Part shown: positions 26,956 to 41,019 of the stretch, piece after piece | Layout: each line of letters begins with the position of its first letter | Position numbering within the stretch: position 1 is the first letter of the stretch | Source of the DNA: Candidatus Cloacimonadales bacterium | GTDB lineage: Bacteria; Cloacimonadota; Cloacimonadia; Cloacimonadales; JAFGVF01 | Length of the DNA: 64,000 bases | Direction of reading: 5' to 3' | Assembly (NCBI GenBank): GCA_963662585.1 | Contig: OY759729.1 | Coordinates: 608,001-672,000 of the forward strand | Made by a program: the position numbers and the translations under genes | The notes under the pieces: model-generated | Told to the model about the DNA's origin: nothing | Database searches by the model: none | What the model saw: the letters and a program-made list of their open reading frames with translations, nothing else

Positions 26956-28323
26956 TTAACCTATTTTCCTAAGTGCTTCTTCCGAAGCAAGAACAATTAA
27001 GTTTGCTGCAGGATAATAACTTTGATAAGGTTGAGATGAATAACTAAGATCAACAAGCTCTTCGATAGTTAAGTTATTCTGAATAGCTAAAGTTAAAATA
27101 TCTATTTTATCAGTGACTGGTTCTTGACTAATGATTTGAGCACCTAAAAGCATCTTGGTATTTTTTTCAACAATTAGCTTCAAGTGAATTTGTTGAGCTC
27201 CAGGCATGATAGGGAACTTAGTTGTAACTTCACTATAACTACACACTGTTTCATAGTTAGCATCCTTGGCTAATTTCTCAGAGAGACCAGTTCCCCCCAC
27301 AAAATATTTGCCTGCTTTAGTAGCAGCTCCATTATAAAAGCCTTTATATGTTCTTTTCTGTCCTAAAAGATTAAAGCCCAAAATCTTTGCCATAGGAACA
27401 GCATTAGTTGCTAACTTTCCAGAAATAGTCTTGGAAGTAATTCCGCTGTAGAATTGAGTACAATCCCCTACAGCGTAAATATCTTCAAGATTTGTCCTCA
27501 TTTGTTCATCAACAATTATACCATCTTTACCTGTTTCTAAAGGAGTGTTCTCAAAAAGAGAAAGCTCTGCTTTCATTCCTGTCGCAAAAATAACCATTCC
27601 CTTGAAAGCCTCTACATTGGTAATGTTACAACTTTCAATGGTATCAAAATGAATTATTTGACCATTACTTAGCTTCACTTGCTGAACATATTTTTTCCCT
27701 GCTAGTTCTTCCACCTTGGCATTCAGATGAATATTTATTCCTTCTCGAATAACTTCTTCATAGATTAATTCGGACATTTCAGCATCTAATAGATTTGGTA
27801 GTAAAGTGCTTGCCATATCCACTAAGTCAACAGTTAATCCTCTTTTGTTAAGAGATAAAGCCAACTCAATTCCTATTGCACCAGCTCCAACAACCACAGC
27901 ATGTTCTACACCATTAGCAATATTTTCCATGACTAATCGCATATTTCTCTCTGTTTTAAATCCTGTAACACCTTCTAAATTAGCCCCAGAAATTGGCGGA
28001 ATGAATGGTACAGCTCCAGTAGCAATTATTAATTTATCATATTTATATGATGTTCCATCTTCAATCTCTACTTGTTTGGAGGAGAAATCTACCTTTTTGA
28101 CTGTAGATCTAATTAGATCTGCTCCTGCATCTGTAACTATTGAATCTTTCTTGAATGTCTTCTCAATATTTACAATACCTTCAACAGCATAAGGCATTGC
28201 ACAATAAATCATACTATAGTCTTCTGGACGAATAATCGCCATTTTCATTTTATTCCCTAATATTTTGGCGAGTGTGACCGCTGCAGGTCCTCCTCCAATG
28301 ACAATTACATCATATTTTTCCAT
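26956..28323 (-). CDS. FAD-dependent pyridine nucleotide-disulfide oxidoreductase (NADH oxidase/CoA-disulfide reductase family)
   Basis: GGGPAA, redox Cys in IYCAMPY, ATGA, VGAGAIGIE and YAVGDC motifs. Confidence 0.9.
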   Translation of the reverse strand: MEKYDVIVIGGGPAAVTLAKILGNKMKMAIIRPEDYSMIYCAMPYAVEGIVNIEKTFKKDSIVTDAGADLIRSTVKKVDFSSKQVEIEDGTSYKYDKLIIATGAVPFIPPISGANLEGVTGFKTERNMRLVMENIANGVEHAVVVGAGAIGIELALSLNKRGLTVDLVDMASTLLPNLLDAEMSELIYEEVIREGINIHLNAKVEELAGKKYVQQVKLSNGQIIHFDTIESCNITNVEAFKGMVIFATGMKAELSLFENTPLETGKDGIIVDEQMRTNLEDIYAVGDCTQFYSGITSKTISGKLATNAVPMAKILGFNLLGQKRTYKGFYNGAATKAGKYFVGGTGLSEKLAKDANYETVCSYSEVTTKFPIMPGAQQIHLKLIVEKNTKMLLGAQIISQEPVTDKIDILTLAIQNNLTIEELVDLSYSSQPYQSYYPAANLIVLASEEALRKIG

Positions 28324-28373
28324 ATTTTCCTCTATTCTTATAATTATAATCTGTTTATTACTCTCAACACTTA

Positions 28374-28769
28374 TTAATAGATTAAGTGGCTTCTATTTAT
28401 GCCTTTATTCCATTCTTCAATAATTTGTAAATAATTTACTTTAATTGTTTCAATACTCTCAAAAAGGGTATGATTTCTAAATATCAAACACACAAATTCT
28501 TGTTTGATTCTTTTAATATTCGGTCCAAAAACACTCGAAGCAAGAATTTTAACCCCCTCATTCTTCAACATAAGAGAGACACCTTTAGCTTTTTTAGGGT
28601 CAGCGTGAACTTCCTCTAGAATGCTTTTAGTATTATTTTCAATCGTCTTAATAAATATAGCTGAATTTTCATTAATTTCATATATATGATAATATTCTGA
28701 ATCTCCAAAATGTTCATCATTATATTTATTGCCGTCATTGCTGGCAAATGCAAATTTATAGTTTTCCAA
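28374..28769 (-). CDS. NifB/NifX-family (dinitrogenase FeMo cofactor-binding) protein
   Basis: AFASNDG...EHFGDSEYYHIYEI...LASSVFGP. Confidence 0.85.
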   Translation of the reverse strand: MENYKFAFASNDGNKYNDEHFGDSEYYHIYEINENSAIFIKTIENNTKSILEEVHADPKKAKGVSLMLKNEGVKILASSVFGPNIKRIKQEFVCLIFRNHTLFESIETIKVNYLQIIEEWNKGINRSHLIY

Positions 28770-28853
28770 TTTCTTTTCCTTTTTCTTAGTTTTTCTTTAT
28801 TTAACCTAGGAAGATGAGCTGAGAACTAACTCCTCCTTGACAACTTTACCTAA

Positions 28854-29045
28854 TTATCTATTTCCATTTCTTCTGCCACTTCCAGCTCCATGAGAAGGAC
28901 CTTTGCTAGTGCCATTAAAAAATCCACGATTGGCCTGATTAGCTTGACCTATTCCTCTACCTTTTTCATTACCTACAGCTTTTCCTAAACCTCTGCCTGT
29001 TCTAGGTCCTTTTCCATCTGGTCCAGTTTTATCTCCGTTTGGCAT
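28854..29045 (-). CDS. DUF5320-family small Gly/Arg-rich protein
   Basis: MPNGDKTGPDGKGPRTGRGLG N-terminal signature. Confidence 0.85.
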   Translation of the reverse strand: MPNGDKTGPDGKGPRTGRGLGKAVGNEKGRGIGQANQANRGFFNGTSKGPSHGAGSGRRNGNR

Positions 29046-29263
29046 AATAATACTCCTTTAATTATATTTATCAGTATTATAATAAACTATTGTTCATAAC
29101 CAAATTTTTTTTTATTTTTTTTTAAGTATTCAAAATATGGATTTGGCTAATGATTATTGTCTTTTTACCTTTGTATCAGTTATTTGATAATACAATAATT
29201 AAAGAAAACAGTATTTTCTCCTTTTTAACTGTATCTATGAGGTCATTAATTTCTTCTAAGACT

Positions 29264-29281
29264 AATGAACATTTGTTCATT
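29264..29281. promoter_or_regulatory. Palindromic operator candidate AATGAACA-tt-TGTTCATT
   Basis: Perfect 8-2-8 palindrome. A degenerate second copy (ataaactattgttcat) lies at 29082-29097, close to the DUF5320 start. Confidence 0.5.
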
Positions 29282-29330
29282 TAAAATTTAATTTTGTTAG
29301 TTATAGTTTAACTTTTTTACATATTTGGGA

Positions 29331-29813
29331 TAATAATCATCTCCAAAGATACCTGCATACCAATTCGAAACTTGCAAGGTTTCTTGATTCCTATCTTCTA
29401 AGAAAAGAGTAGATAGTTCACCAACCACACTAAAAGATAGACAGATTAATCCTGTGTTGTTTTGACTAAGTTGAGTCTTTGTTATTCTGGGCATTTGAGA
29501 ATTATATTCATAAGCTAAAGTTATAAGACTACTCAGGTTATGAAATTCAACTAAGTTCTTAGCTAAGAGTATCACAGAAATAGCTCTGCCATCAGAAATA
29601 TCATTTAATACTTCAATCTCCAAAGCAATAATTGGCTTAATCCCCACTTCCTTGGCTTTCTCACTAAAATGAAAAGCTCCTGCAATGCTGTTATGTTCAG
29701 TTATAGCGACTGCTAGCATCTCGTGTTTTACAGCTAAATCTAACAATTATTCGGAATAACAAGCTCCATCTAGCCAAGAATACTCGCTATGAACATAAAT
29801 GTACGAGAGACAT
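29331..29813 (-). pseudogene. Truncated, frameshifted second copy of the PHP/DnaE-like gene
   Basis: Direct repeat of about 25934-26418. It has a 2-nt deletion after codon 6 (catttatgttcat vs catttacatgttcat), AAA->TAA at the EKLL position, and homology stops after GDDYY. ORF 29297..29746 is its internal remnant. Confidence 0.88.
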
Positions 29814-29861
29814 ATTTTTTTATTCTTTAGGATCAGTGAAATTCAGCAATGATTGTTATCA

Positions 29862-32798
29862 CTATTTCATCAAAATCATCTTCTTGGTCGAACTATACCT
29901 ATCACTAGTGATTTTATAGAGGTAAATTCCTGAAGCTACTCTTTTATTTCTATTATCTTTCCCATTCCATACAAGGGTATGCCTGCCAGCTTCAAGTCTA
30001 TTATCAACAAGGTTTTTAACTTTCTGTCCTTTAATATTATAGATATCCAAACTTACTTGACTTGGCTTAGGAAGATAGAAGGAGATGTTTGTTATTGGAT
30101 TAAAGGGATTAGGATAGTTTTGATTCAAATTTAATGTTCTTGCATCAACTTGGTTAGATTCATTCTCAACAGTATTTAAATCATAAAGTTGAGCATAGAT
30201 TCCACCAGTAGTTACCCAGGTGCAAAGCAACTGATCATCAGGATTAAGACATACTTGTAGGTTATAAATAGTATAAGGACTATCTATAATCATTTCATTA
30301 GTAGCCTCAAAAATAACTGAACCATTACTATTAACTACATTAAAAATGGGTGAATCAAAAAAGTTAAATTGATTTGTCCAACCAACAAGAATATTATCAT
30401 TATCTGTCTCTATTAAAGAATTTATTTCATAAGAATATTCTAAATTTGTAAGTAACACACCTTGGGAATTCCACATTTGTTGGCCAGAATATGATATTTT
30501 TTGAGCAAGTAAATCATTACCATAGTTATCCATAGTTTTATTCCATGTAACAAAAATACCATTACTAATCAGAATTTCTGGATTAGAAACAACCACATCT
30601 TTTCCTGCTAATGAATCGTAATTCACAAGAATTGGCTCATTCCAGAATAAATCTTGATTATTAGTTAATCCTTGGAGATAAATCTCACATCCATCTTGCC
30701 AAGTAAAAAAGAGATTATTATCAGCATCACAGGCAAACTTAGAGTTATACCCAGTAAGCATTTGATTTATCTCAAATACAGAGCCATCTTCGCCTATTTT
30801 AAAGGCCTGATAAGCTTGGTTACTATGCCTAACTATACAGTAATTATTGATAACTGTATCAAATTCATTGAAAAAATCTAATTCACCAAGAAATGATTGA
30901 ACATGATTTATCTCTCCCCATTCAAAAGAATTACTAGTTTTTGTAGTATAAATATCTCTTTCCTCAAGACCATAATTTGCTGTTAAAAAACTTAAATAAA
31001 AGTCATTATTATATGACCCCATTAACATAGATAATACTTGTTCATATTCCCCATAACCATAAATTTCTTCACCGATGTTACTTCCTAAAAGAGAACCATC
31101 ACTATCAATAACTCTACTTCTACCCACAATCCCCAAAAAATCAGATTTCCAAGCAACACATATTTGACCTGCTTCATTTTGGGCACTAGTAAAATCTTCA
31201 GGACTATATTCAAACTCATCTTGTCCGTATAGAGAGAAATTGGCTAAATCAACTCCATTTTCAGCCAATTCATAATTTCCTTCAGAATTTATAATTTGAT
31301 ATTTAATTTTCTTATTCATTCCGGGAATATTATCTATCCAGATAACTACACTTCTGTTAGAATTAGGTAATGAATAAACTTTGTAACTATCATTGAATAC
31401 AGAACCTGTAAGTATATTAATTACAATTTCATTTTCAGGCAGATTTATTATTTGGAGATTATCATCAATTATTTTTTGTCTTAAATTCTTGTATCCATCC
31501 AAATTATCTTTCCAAGTAATAAATAGGTCATCTTCATAAGCTAAAAATGCTGTAGGGTAAGGTCCTTGATTCTGAGCAACCAAAAGTCCACCTTGGTCAG
31601 TTTCTAAGCTCCCATCAAGATTTAATTTAAATAAGTAAACATTGTATGCAGGTGCATTAGTAGATTCTTCGTTGGTTTTTACATTTGTAATAAAGACATC
31701 TCCTGAATCCGAAGTTTCTATTTCCACGGAATCAACCACTAAATAAGGTAGAGAATCCAAGAAAATACCTGACTCTCCCCATTGAGGATTTAGATCTTGA
31801 TCCAAACAGTAGGCGATTAAGCTATATTGATCATCTTCATAAGAAGTTACAGATTGTGAAACTACAATTAAATCTCCATTATTATTAGTCTCAAATTGTA
31901 TAAAATACATTGGAGCAGTATCAATAGTTAAAGGGATATAGCCCATAGTTGTCCCTAATTCTCCTGTTAATGAAATTTTCCTAACACTTAAATCAGTATC
32001 AGGATAGTCAAATTCTTCTAAGATAAGATAGTAACTATCAACATTATTATAGATTATTCTTAGTTTACTTCTATCGTTTTGAGGTGAATCTAATTCAACA
32101 TTTTCACTCCACAGAATTTCCCCATTTGTATCAATCCGTCTAAGCGACATAAGAAGAGAAACTCCATCACTAGCAACAATTATAAGTCCACCATGACCAT
32201 CAGAAGTAATTTGATTATTATATTCTATAAAACCTAGATCTAAGCCATTTTCAGTTTCGTTCCATTGGTTGACTCCATTACTATCTAAATTTTGAGCGAT
32301 AGTGTCGTAGTCAACCCAAGTTACAATAGCTCCTCCTATTTCATTTGGGAATAGTACTATTCTATTTGGTTGAACGACTTGATAGTTATTTGATATAGTA
32401 ATTCCACTTTCAGACCATAACTTATTACCTGAAGCATCAAGCTTTTGTGCCATGATACTTGTTTGAGAGCTATAAGTTAGCCAGATAATTACAACTCCAC
32501 CATCATTTGTTGAGATTATTTTGGGGTAAGCTTGAATGTTGTTAGAATTATCAATTAAAAGAGCTTCATCTCCCCAGAGAGGGTTACCCTGATTATCATA
32601 TTTCATTGCAAAGATATCATTGACGCCAATAGCATTTTCAGACCAGACATGAACTATTTCGTTATTTTCTGTTGTAACTGAAGCTTGCCCCCATTCCAAG
32701 TCTCCCCCTTGTCTAATGGATAAAGTTTCATCCCACATAGTTTGGCAGAAAAGAAAATTAGTTATCAATAATAAAATGGCAAATACATAAAGCTTCAT
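29862..32798 (-). CDS. Secreted beta-propeller repeat protein with FlgD-Ig/T9SS type A-like C-terminal domain
   Basis: Signal peptide; about 14 repeats of the AQKLDxxGNxLW type; C terminus NYPNPFNP...IYNIKGQKV...WNGKD...ASGIYLY...KMILMK. Confidence 0.88.
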   Translation of the reverse strand: MKLYVFAILLLITNFLFCQTMWDETLSIRQGGDLEWGQASVTTENNEIVHVWSENAIGVNDIFAMKYDNQGNPLWGDEALLIDNSNNIQAYPKIISTNDGGVVIIWLTYSSQTSIMAQKLDASGNKLWSESGITISNNYQVVQPNRIVLFPNEIGGAIVTWVDYDTIAQNLDSNGVNQWNETENGLDLGFIEYNNQITSDGHGGLIIVASDGVSLLMSLRRIDTNGEILWSENVELDSPQNDRSKLRIIYNNVDSYYLILEEFDYPDTDLSVRKISLTGELGTTMGYIPLTIDTAPMYFIQFETNNNGDLIVVSQSVTSYEDDQYSLIAYCLDQDLNPQWGESGIFLDSLPYLVVDSVEIETSDSGDVFITNVKTNEESTNAPAYNVYLFKLNLDGSLETDQGGLLVAQNQGPYPTAFLAYEDDLFITWKDNLDGYKNLRQKIIDDNLQIINLPENEIVINILTGSVFNDSYKVYSLPNSNRSVVIWIDNIPGMNKKIKYQIINSEGNYELAENGVDLANFSLYGQDEFEYSPEDFTSAQNEAGQICVAWKSDFLGIVGRSRVIDSDGSLLGSNIGEEIYGYGEYEQVLSMLMGSYNNDFYLSFLTANYGLEERDIYTTKTSNSFEWGEINHVQSFLGELDFFNEFDTVINNYCIVRHSNQAYQAFKIGEDGSVFEINQMLTGYNSKFACDADNNLFFTWQDGCEIYLQGLTNNQDLFWNEPILVNYDSLAGKDVVVSNPEILISNGIFVTWNKTMDNYGNDLLAQKISYSGQQMWNSQGVLLTNLEYSYEINSLIETDNDNILVGWTNQFNFFDSPIFNVVNSNGSVIFEATNEMIIDSPYTIYNLQVCLNPDDQLLCTWVTTGGIYAQLYDLNTVENESNQVDARTLNLNQNYPNPFNPITNISFYLPKPSQVSLDIYNIKGQKVKNLVDNRLEAGRHTLVWNGKDNRNKRVASGIYLYKITSDRYSSTKKMILMK

Positions 32799-33053
32799 AA
32801 TTATCCCCTTTAAATAATTTTATTTAATAAGTATTGTAAAAGATATTTATGCAAATTATATTCCATTTATATTTATAGTTTTAGCAATAGTTAGAACTAT
32901 AATTTCGATTACTAATTAAGCTTTTTTTGGTAAAAACACTGAGGATATTCTTATTTTAGGATAGTATACATTTTTTTAAAATAAAGATATATACTCTATC
33001 TATACAACCTAAACAAGCCTCTATGATAAATAGTATGTTTTTTTAATCACCAT

Positions 33054-33210
33054 TCAGCTCTGGAAGAGTGTCTGAGTTGAGGCTTCATGAATTAGGCCTA
33101 CACAAGGTGTAGATCATGCATAGCTATAGCGAAGTATGATGTACTGCATTCCCAGACTGGGAGAGTTCTTATATCTGGGGTAATGGACAAAATGTCCGCT
33201 ACTCCAGATA
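33054..33210. repeat. Cluster of GC-richer hairpins, REP-like
   Basis: tcagctc/gagttga, ctacac/gtgtag, cccag/ctggg and tatctggggta-atggacaaaatgtccgc-tactccagata. Confidence 0.6.
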
Positions 33211-33223
33211 TCAAACATAATTA

Positions 33224-33252
33224 TTGACAAATAATATTAAAGTTGAGAAAAT
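33224..33252 (+). promoter_or_regulatory. sigma70 promoter of the ligA operon
   Basis: TTGACA-17 bp-GAAAAT with an extended -10 TG. Confidence 0.6.
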
Positions 33253-33273
33253 GAAAAAAAATATAAGGTTTAG

Positions 33274-36724
<3,451 letters not shown>

Positions 36725-36728
<4 letters not shown>

Positions 36729-37813
36729 GAACTTTAGATAAATACTTAATTAAAGAATTTTTAAAAACATTTGTAGTAATGTTCTTAGCTTCCTCTATTC
36801 TCTTTATAGTTATTGATATTATTGATCAGCTTTCTAAAATGTTAAAATATGGGGCAAGTCTTAATCAAGCAGCATTCTATTATGTGCTTAGACTCCCCTA
36901 TTTGCTGACTCTAACATCGCCTGTCATTATGCTTCTTACTGGACTCTTTTTAATGAATAATCTGGCAAAATACAATGAATCAATTGCTATTAGAGCTGCA
37001 GGTATTAGTATCAAAAGAATGCTATTGCCTCTAATCTTTATTGGCCTATTTGTCAGTATTGTTATCGGTTGGTTTGGAGATGTAGTGCTCCCTAAAGCAG
37101 AAGAGAGAAGGCAAATACTCTACCAAGTTGAGATAAAAAAGGGTGATTTGAAAGATAAAATGTTAAGAACTAAAATCTTCTTTAAAGAAGGAGATGATAC
37201 CCATAATTTTGTGGCCTTCTTCAATGGTCACTCTGAAGAGATGAAGGTTATTGACAAGACTATTGTTGCACCTGACTTTTCTTCTATCTTGTATAGAAGT
37301 GAGGCTTCTGCAGCTACCTGGGACACTGATGAATGGAATTATAAGCAACTTTATCAGAGAGAATTTGATAATGGGACTCTCACAAACTATAAATATGACA
37401 AAGAGTACAAAGGTAAAGTAATGACAGTTACTCCCTTAGAGTTTATCAGATCAGGTAAACCTACTTTATCAATGAATTACAGTGAATTAAGTGCCTATAT
37501 AGAAAGATTAAAAAAACTCAATGACAACTATTCCAAGGAGTTAGTTGATTTATATATGAAGATTTCCTTTCCTTTAGCCAATCTGATAATCCTCTTCTTC
37601 TCCTTCCCTATTGTTTCAAGCTCAACGAGAAGTAAAAATCGAGGTTATATCTTTATGATGGGACTAATGGTCTGTTTTATCTTCTTAATTACTTTAGAGA
37701 TTTCTAGAAGTTTGGGTTATAGTGAAGTTCTATCTCCTCTTGTGGCTGCCTGGGCTCCTAATATAATTTTCTCTTTAGTAGGACTTTACTTCTTATACAA
37801 AGCTGAGGTGTAA
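36725..37813 (+). CDS. lptG: LptF/LptG-family LPS export permease
   Basis: LDKYLIKEF, NESIAIRAAGIS and PLVAAWAPN motifs. Confidence 0.88.
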
Positions 37814-38965
37814 ATGAGAATAATTGTAAAAAAATTTGGTGGTACTTCTGTTGGTAGTATTGAACAAATCCGTAATATTGCTAGAAGATTGCATCAAGAG
37901 ATGGAGAGTGATTGCCGTTATGTAATCGTTGTTTCAGCTATGGGCCATACAACTGATGAAATGACCGATATGGCTTATCAACTAAGTAAAAAGCCTTGCA
38001 AGAGAGAGTTAGATATGTTACTCACTGCTGGAGAGAGAATTTCTATGTCTCTTTTATCTATTGCCTTGCAAGAATTTGGGATTATCTCAATATCTTTTAC
38101 TGGTTCTCAGTCTGGTATAATTACTGATTCTAATCATGGAAACGCTCGAATAATAGATGTTACTGCTTTTAGAATCAGGGAAGAATTAGTTAAGCATAAA
38201 GTTGTTATTGTAGCAGGTTTTCAAGGTGTAAGTAGGGAGAAAGAAGTAACTACACTTGGTAGAGGTGGTTCAGACACTTCTGCTGTGGCACTTGCTGCCT
38301 ATCTTAATGCTGAGAAGTGTGAGATTTTTACTGATGTCGATGGCATTTATAGTGCTGATCCCCGCATCATAAAAGAGTTTGTCAAATTAGATGAGATTAG
38401 CTATGATACAGTTTTAGAAATGGCTTATGGTGGGGCAAAAGTTATCCACCCTAGAGCTGTAGAGTTTGCCAAAAAATACGATATACCTTTAGAAGTTAAA
38501 TCTTCTTTTACCTTTAATACTGGAACTTTTATTATCAAGGAAACACTTACTATGGAAGAAAAAAAGATTACCTCTTTAGCCCAAAAAACTGGACTACACA
38601 GATTTATTGTAGAAGCAGATTCACTCCAGCTTTTACAGGCACTTAATAACGCCAATATTGATATCTATGATTTTACTATTAATGGCAATAATACTATTAT
38701 TATCGAAAAAGAGTATTATGAAGATACACTAGCCTCTTTAAAATCCTACCACATTCTTGAAGAGTGTGAGGTGCAGTCAATATCAATAATCGGACATAGG
38801 ATTATTAATGATATTGGCTTTTTAATGGCTTTAATCAAAGAAGTGAAATCCTTAGATACAGAAATTAAAGATATAAAGAAAAATGCAGTGGGAATCAACC
38901 TTATAGTTTCCACTAAGAATATAGATCAATTGCTAAATAAATTACATAAAAATTATATAAATTAA
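37814..38965 (+). CDS. lysC: Aspartate kinase
   Basis: KKFGGTSV, TLGRGGSDTSA and TDVDGIYSADPR motifs. Confidence 0.95.
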   Translation: MRIIVKKFGGTSVGSIEQIRNIARRLHQEMESDCRYVIVVSAMGHTTDEMTDMAYQLSKKPCKRELDMLLTAGERISMSLLSIALQEFGIISISFTGSQSGIITDSNHGNARIIDVTAFRIREELVKHKVVIVAGFQGVSREKEVTTLGRGGSDTSAVALAAYLNAEKCEIFTDVDGIYSADPRIIKEFVKLDEISYDTVLEMAYGGAKVIHPRAVEFAKKYDIPLEVKSSFTFNTGTFIIKETLTMEEKKITSLAQKTGLHRFIVEADSLQLLQALNNANIDIYDFTINGNNTIIIEKEYYEDTLASLKSYHILEECEVQSISIIGHRIINDIGFLMALIKEVKSLDTEIKDIKKNAVGINLIVSTKNIDQLLNKLHKNYIN

Positions 38966-38981
38966 TGGAGAAAATTATTAC

Positions 38982-41012
38982 ATGAGTAAATATATAGTAA
39001 CTAGTGCCTTACCCTATGCAAATGGTAAATTGCACATTGGCCATGTAGCAGGAGCTTACCTACCTGCTGATATTTTCGTACGCTACTTAAGATTAAAAGA
39101 AGAAGATGTTATCTATATCTGTGGAACAGATGAACATGGAGCACCTATCTCTATCAAAGCTGAAAAAGAAGGTGTTTCTCCTCAAGATATAGTTAGTAGA
39201 TACCATAAATCAATTAAAGATAGTTTTGATGGACTTCATATTGATTTTGATAACTTCTCAGGTACTTCTCGTAAGCCACATTATGAGCTTTCACAACAAT
39301 TCTTTAGTGAATTACTTGCTAATGGATATATCAATAGCAAAATTACTCAGCAATTTTATGATGAGCAAGAATCTCGTTTTCTACCAGATAGATATGTTGA
39401 AGGTACTTGCCCTCATTGTGGAGCTGATGGTGCCAGAGGAGATCAATGCGATGCTTGTGGTAAGCTCATAGACTCTATCACTCTTATCAACCCCATTAGC
39501 AAAGTATCTGGTTCTACTCCAGTAATTAAAGATACCGAGCAGTGGTATTTAGATTTACCTAAATTCACCAATCAGCTAAAAGAGTGGTTAGATACTAAAA
39601 GCTATTGGAAAGAAAATGTTCGCAACTTTATTCTTAGCTGGCTAAATGAAGGACTAATTGAAAGAGCAATTACCCGCGATATTAATTGGGGGGTTCCTGT
39701 TCCTTTAGAAGAAGCTGCAGGAAAAGTACTTTATGTCTGGTTTGATGCTCCTATCGGCTATATTTCTTCTACTGTGGAATGGGCAGAAAAACAAGGAAAA
39801 CCTGAGTTATGGAAAGATTATTGGTTAGACCAAAATACTAAACTTATTCACTTTATCGGTAAAGATAACATTCCTTTCCACACAATCATGTGGCCATCTT
39901 TTGTAATGGGACAGAATGAGAACTTTGTTCTACCTCATGATGTTCCAGCTAATGAATACTTAAATTTAGAGGGAGAAAAAATCTCGACAAGCCGTAATTG
40001 GGCAATCTGGGTTGATGAATTTCTTAAATACTTCGATGGTGAATATCTTCGCTATGTCCTTGCGGTAAATGCTCCAGAAAAACAAGATAATGATTTCTTA
40101 TGGAAAGACTTCCAAAATAAAATCAATACTGAATTAAATAATGTACTTGGTAATCTAGGAAATAGAGTCTTTACTTTCGCTAAAAAACACTTTGATGGAT
40201 TAGTAGAAAAACCTGCTAAATTAAGCGAAAACTCCCAAGCTACTTTGGAACAAGTTGCTCAACTTACTCAAGAGATTGATAACTGCTACCAAAACTATCA
40301 AGTTCGTAAGACTGTTAAAACTATTATGGATATTGCTAGACTGGGTAACAGATACTTTGATGAAAGAGAACCTTGGAAAGCTATCAAAGTTGATAAGGAT
40401 TCTGTGCAAGAAACAATCTATACATGTTGCGAAATCTTGAGAATTATCTCAGTGGTTATGACTCCTATCCTGCCTAATTTCATGCTTCAACTTAGAAATA
40501 TTATGGGATTAAAAGACAAAGCACTCTGGCAAGAGATAAACTCTTCTCCTTATCCAATAAAATTAGATAATATCAAACAAATATTCCATAAAGTCGAAGA
40601 TGCTCAGATCGAAGAGCAAATAAAGCTTCTTCAAGAAAACGCTAAAGCTAATCAAGAAGAGGAAAAGCCAAAGTTTAAAGAAATAAAAGCTGAAATAGAA
40701 TTTGATGATTTTATGAAGTTAGATATTAGAATTGCCAAAATCCTAACTGCTGAAAAAGTTAAGAAAACTGACAAACTACTCCAAATTACTGCTGATATCG
40801 GTGGTAAAGAGATAGAGCTTATTGCTGGTCTAGCTAAAGCTTATTCACCAGAAGAAATAGTTGGTAAAAAAGTAGTTATGCTTCTTAACCTTAAACCACG
40901 CAAGATTAAAGGCGTACTCTCTCAAGGTATGATTCTTGCAGCAGATGATGGAGAAAATCTCTCTGTGCTAACTGCTGATAAAGATGTAAAAACTGGAGCA
41001 GAGATAGGATAA
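38982..41012 (+). CDS. metG: Methionine--tRNA ligase with C-terminal tRNA-binding domain
   Basis: PYANGKLHIGH (HIGH), Zn knuckle, KISTS (KMSKS) and a C-terminal Trbp domain. Confidence 0.98.
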   Translation: MSKYIVTSALPYANGKLHIGHVAGAYLPADIFVRYLRLKEEDVIYICGTDEHGAPISIKAEKEGVSPQDIVSRYHKSIKDSFDGLHIDFDNFSGTSRKPHYELSQQFFSELLANGYINSKITQQFYDEQESRFLPDRYVEGTCPHCGADGARGDQCDACGKLIDSITLINPISKVSGSTPVIKDTEQWYLDLPKFTNQLKEWLDTKSYWKENVRNFILSWLNEGLIERAITRDINWGVPVPLEEAAGKVLYVWFDAPIGYISSTVEWAEKQGKPELWKDYWLDQNTKLIHFIGKDNIPFHTIMWPSFVMGQNENFVLPHDVPANEYLNLEGEKISTSRNWAIWVDEFLKYFDGEYLRYVLAVNAPEKQDNDFLWKDFQNKINTELNNVLGNLGNRVFTFAKKHFDGLVEKPAKLSENSQATLEQVAQLTQEIDNCYQNYQVRKTVKTIMDIARLGNRYFDEREPWKAIKVDKDSVQETIYTCCEILRIISVVMTPILPNFMLQLRNIMGLKDKALWQEINSSPYPIKLDNIKQIFHKVEDAQIEEQIKLLQENAKANQEEEKPKFKEIKAEIEFDDFMKLDIRIAKILTAEKVKKTDKLLQITADIGGKEIELIAGLAKAYSPEEIVGKKVVMLLNLKPRKIKGVLSQGMILAADDGENLSVLTADKDVKTGAEIG

Positions 41013-41019
41013 CTTGATT

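Noticed and set aside
28374..28769. Nitrogen fixation inferred from the NifX-like gene (and nifU at 46132)
   Set aside because: Both families are widespread in non-diazotrophs, and no nifHDK genes are in the window.
29297..29746. 149-aa PHP ORF as a functional gene
   Set aside because: It is an internal remnant of a pseudogene; the true 5' end has a frameshift and a stop, and the 3' part is missing.
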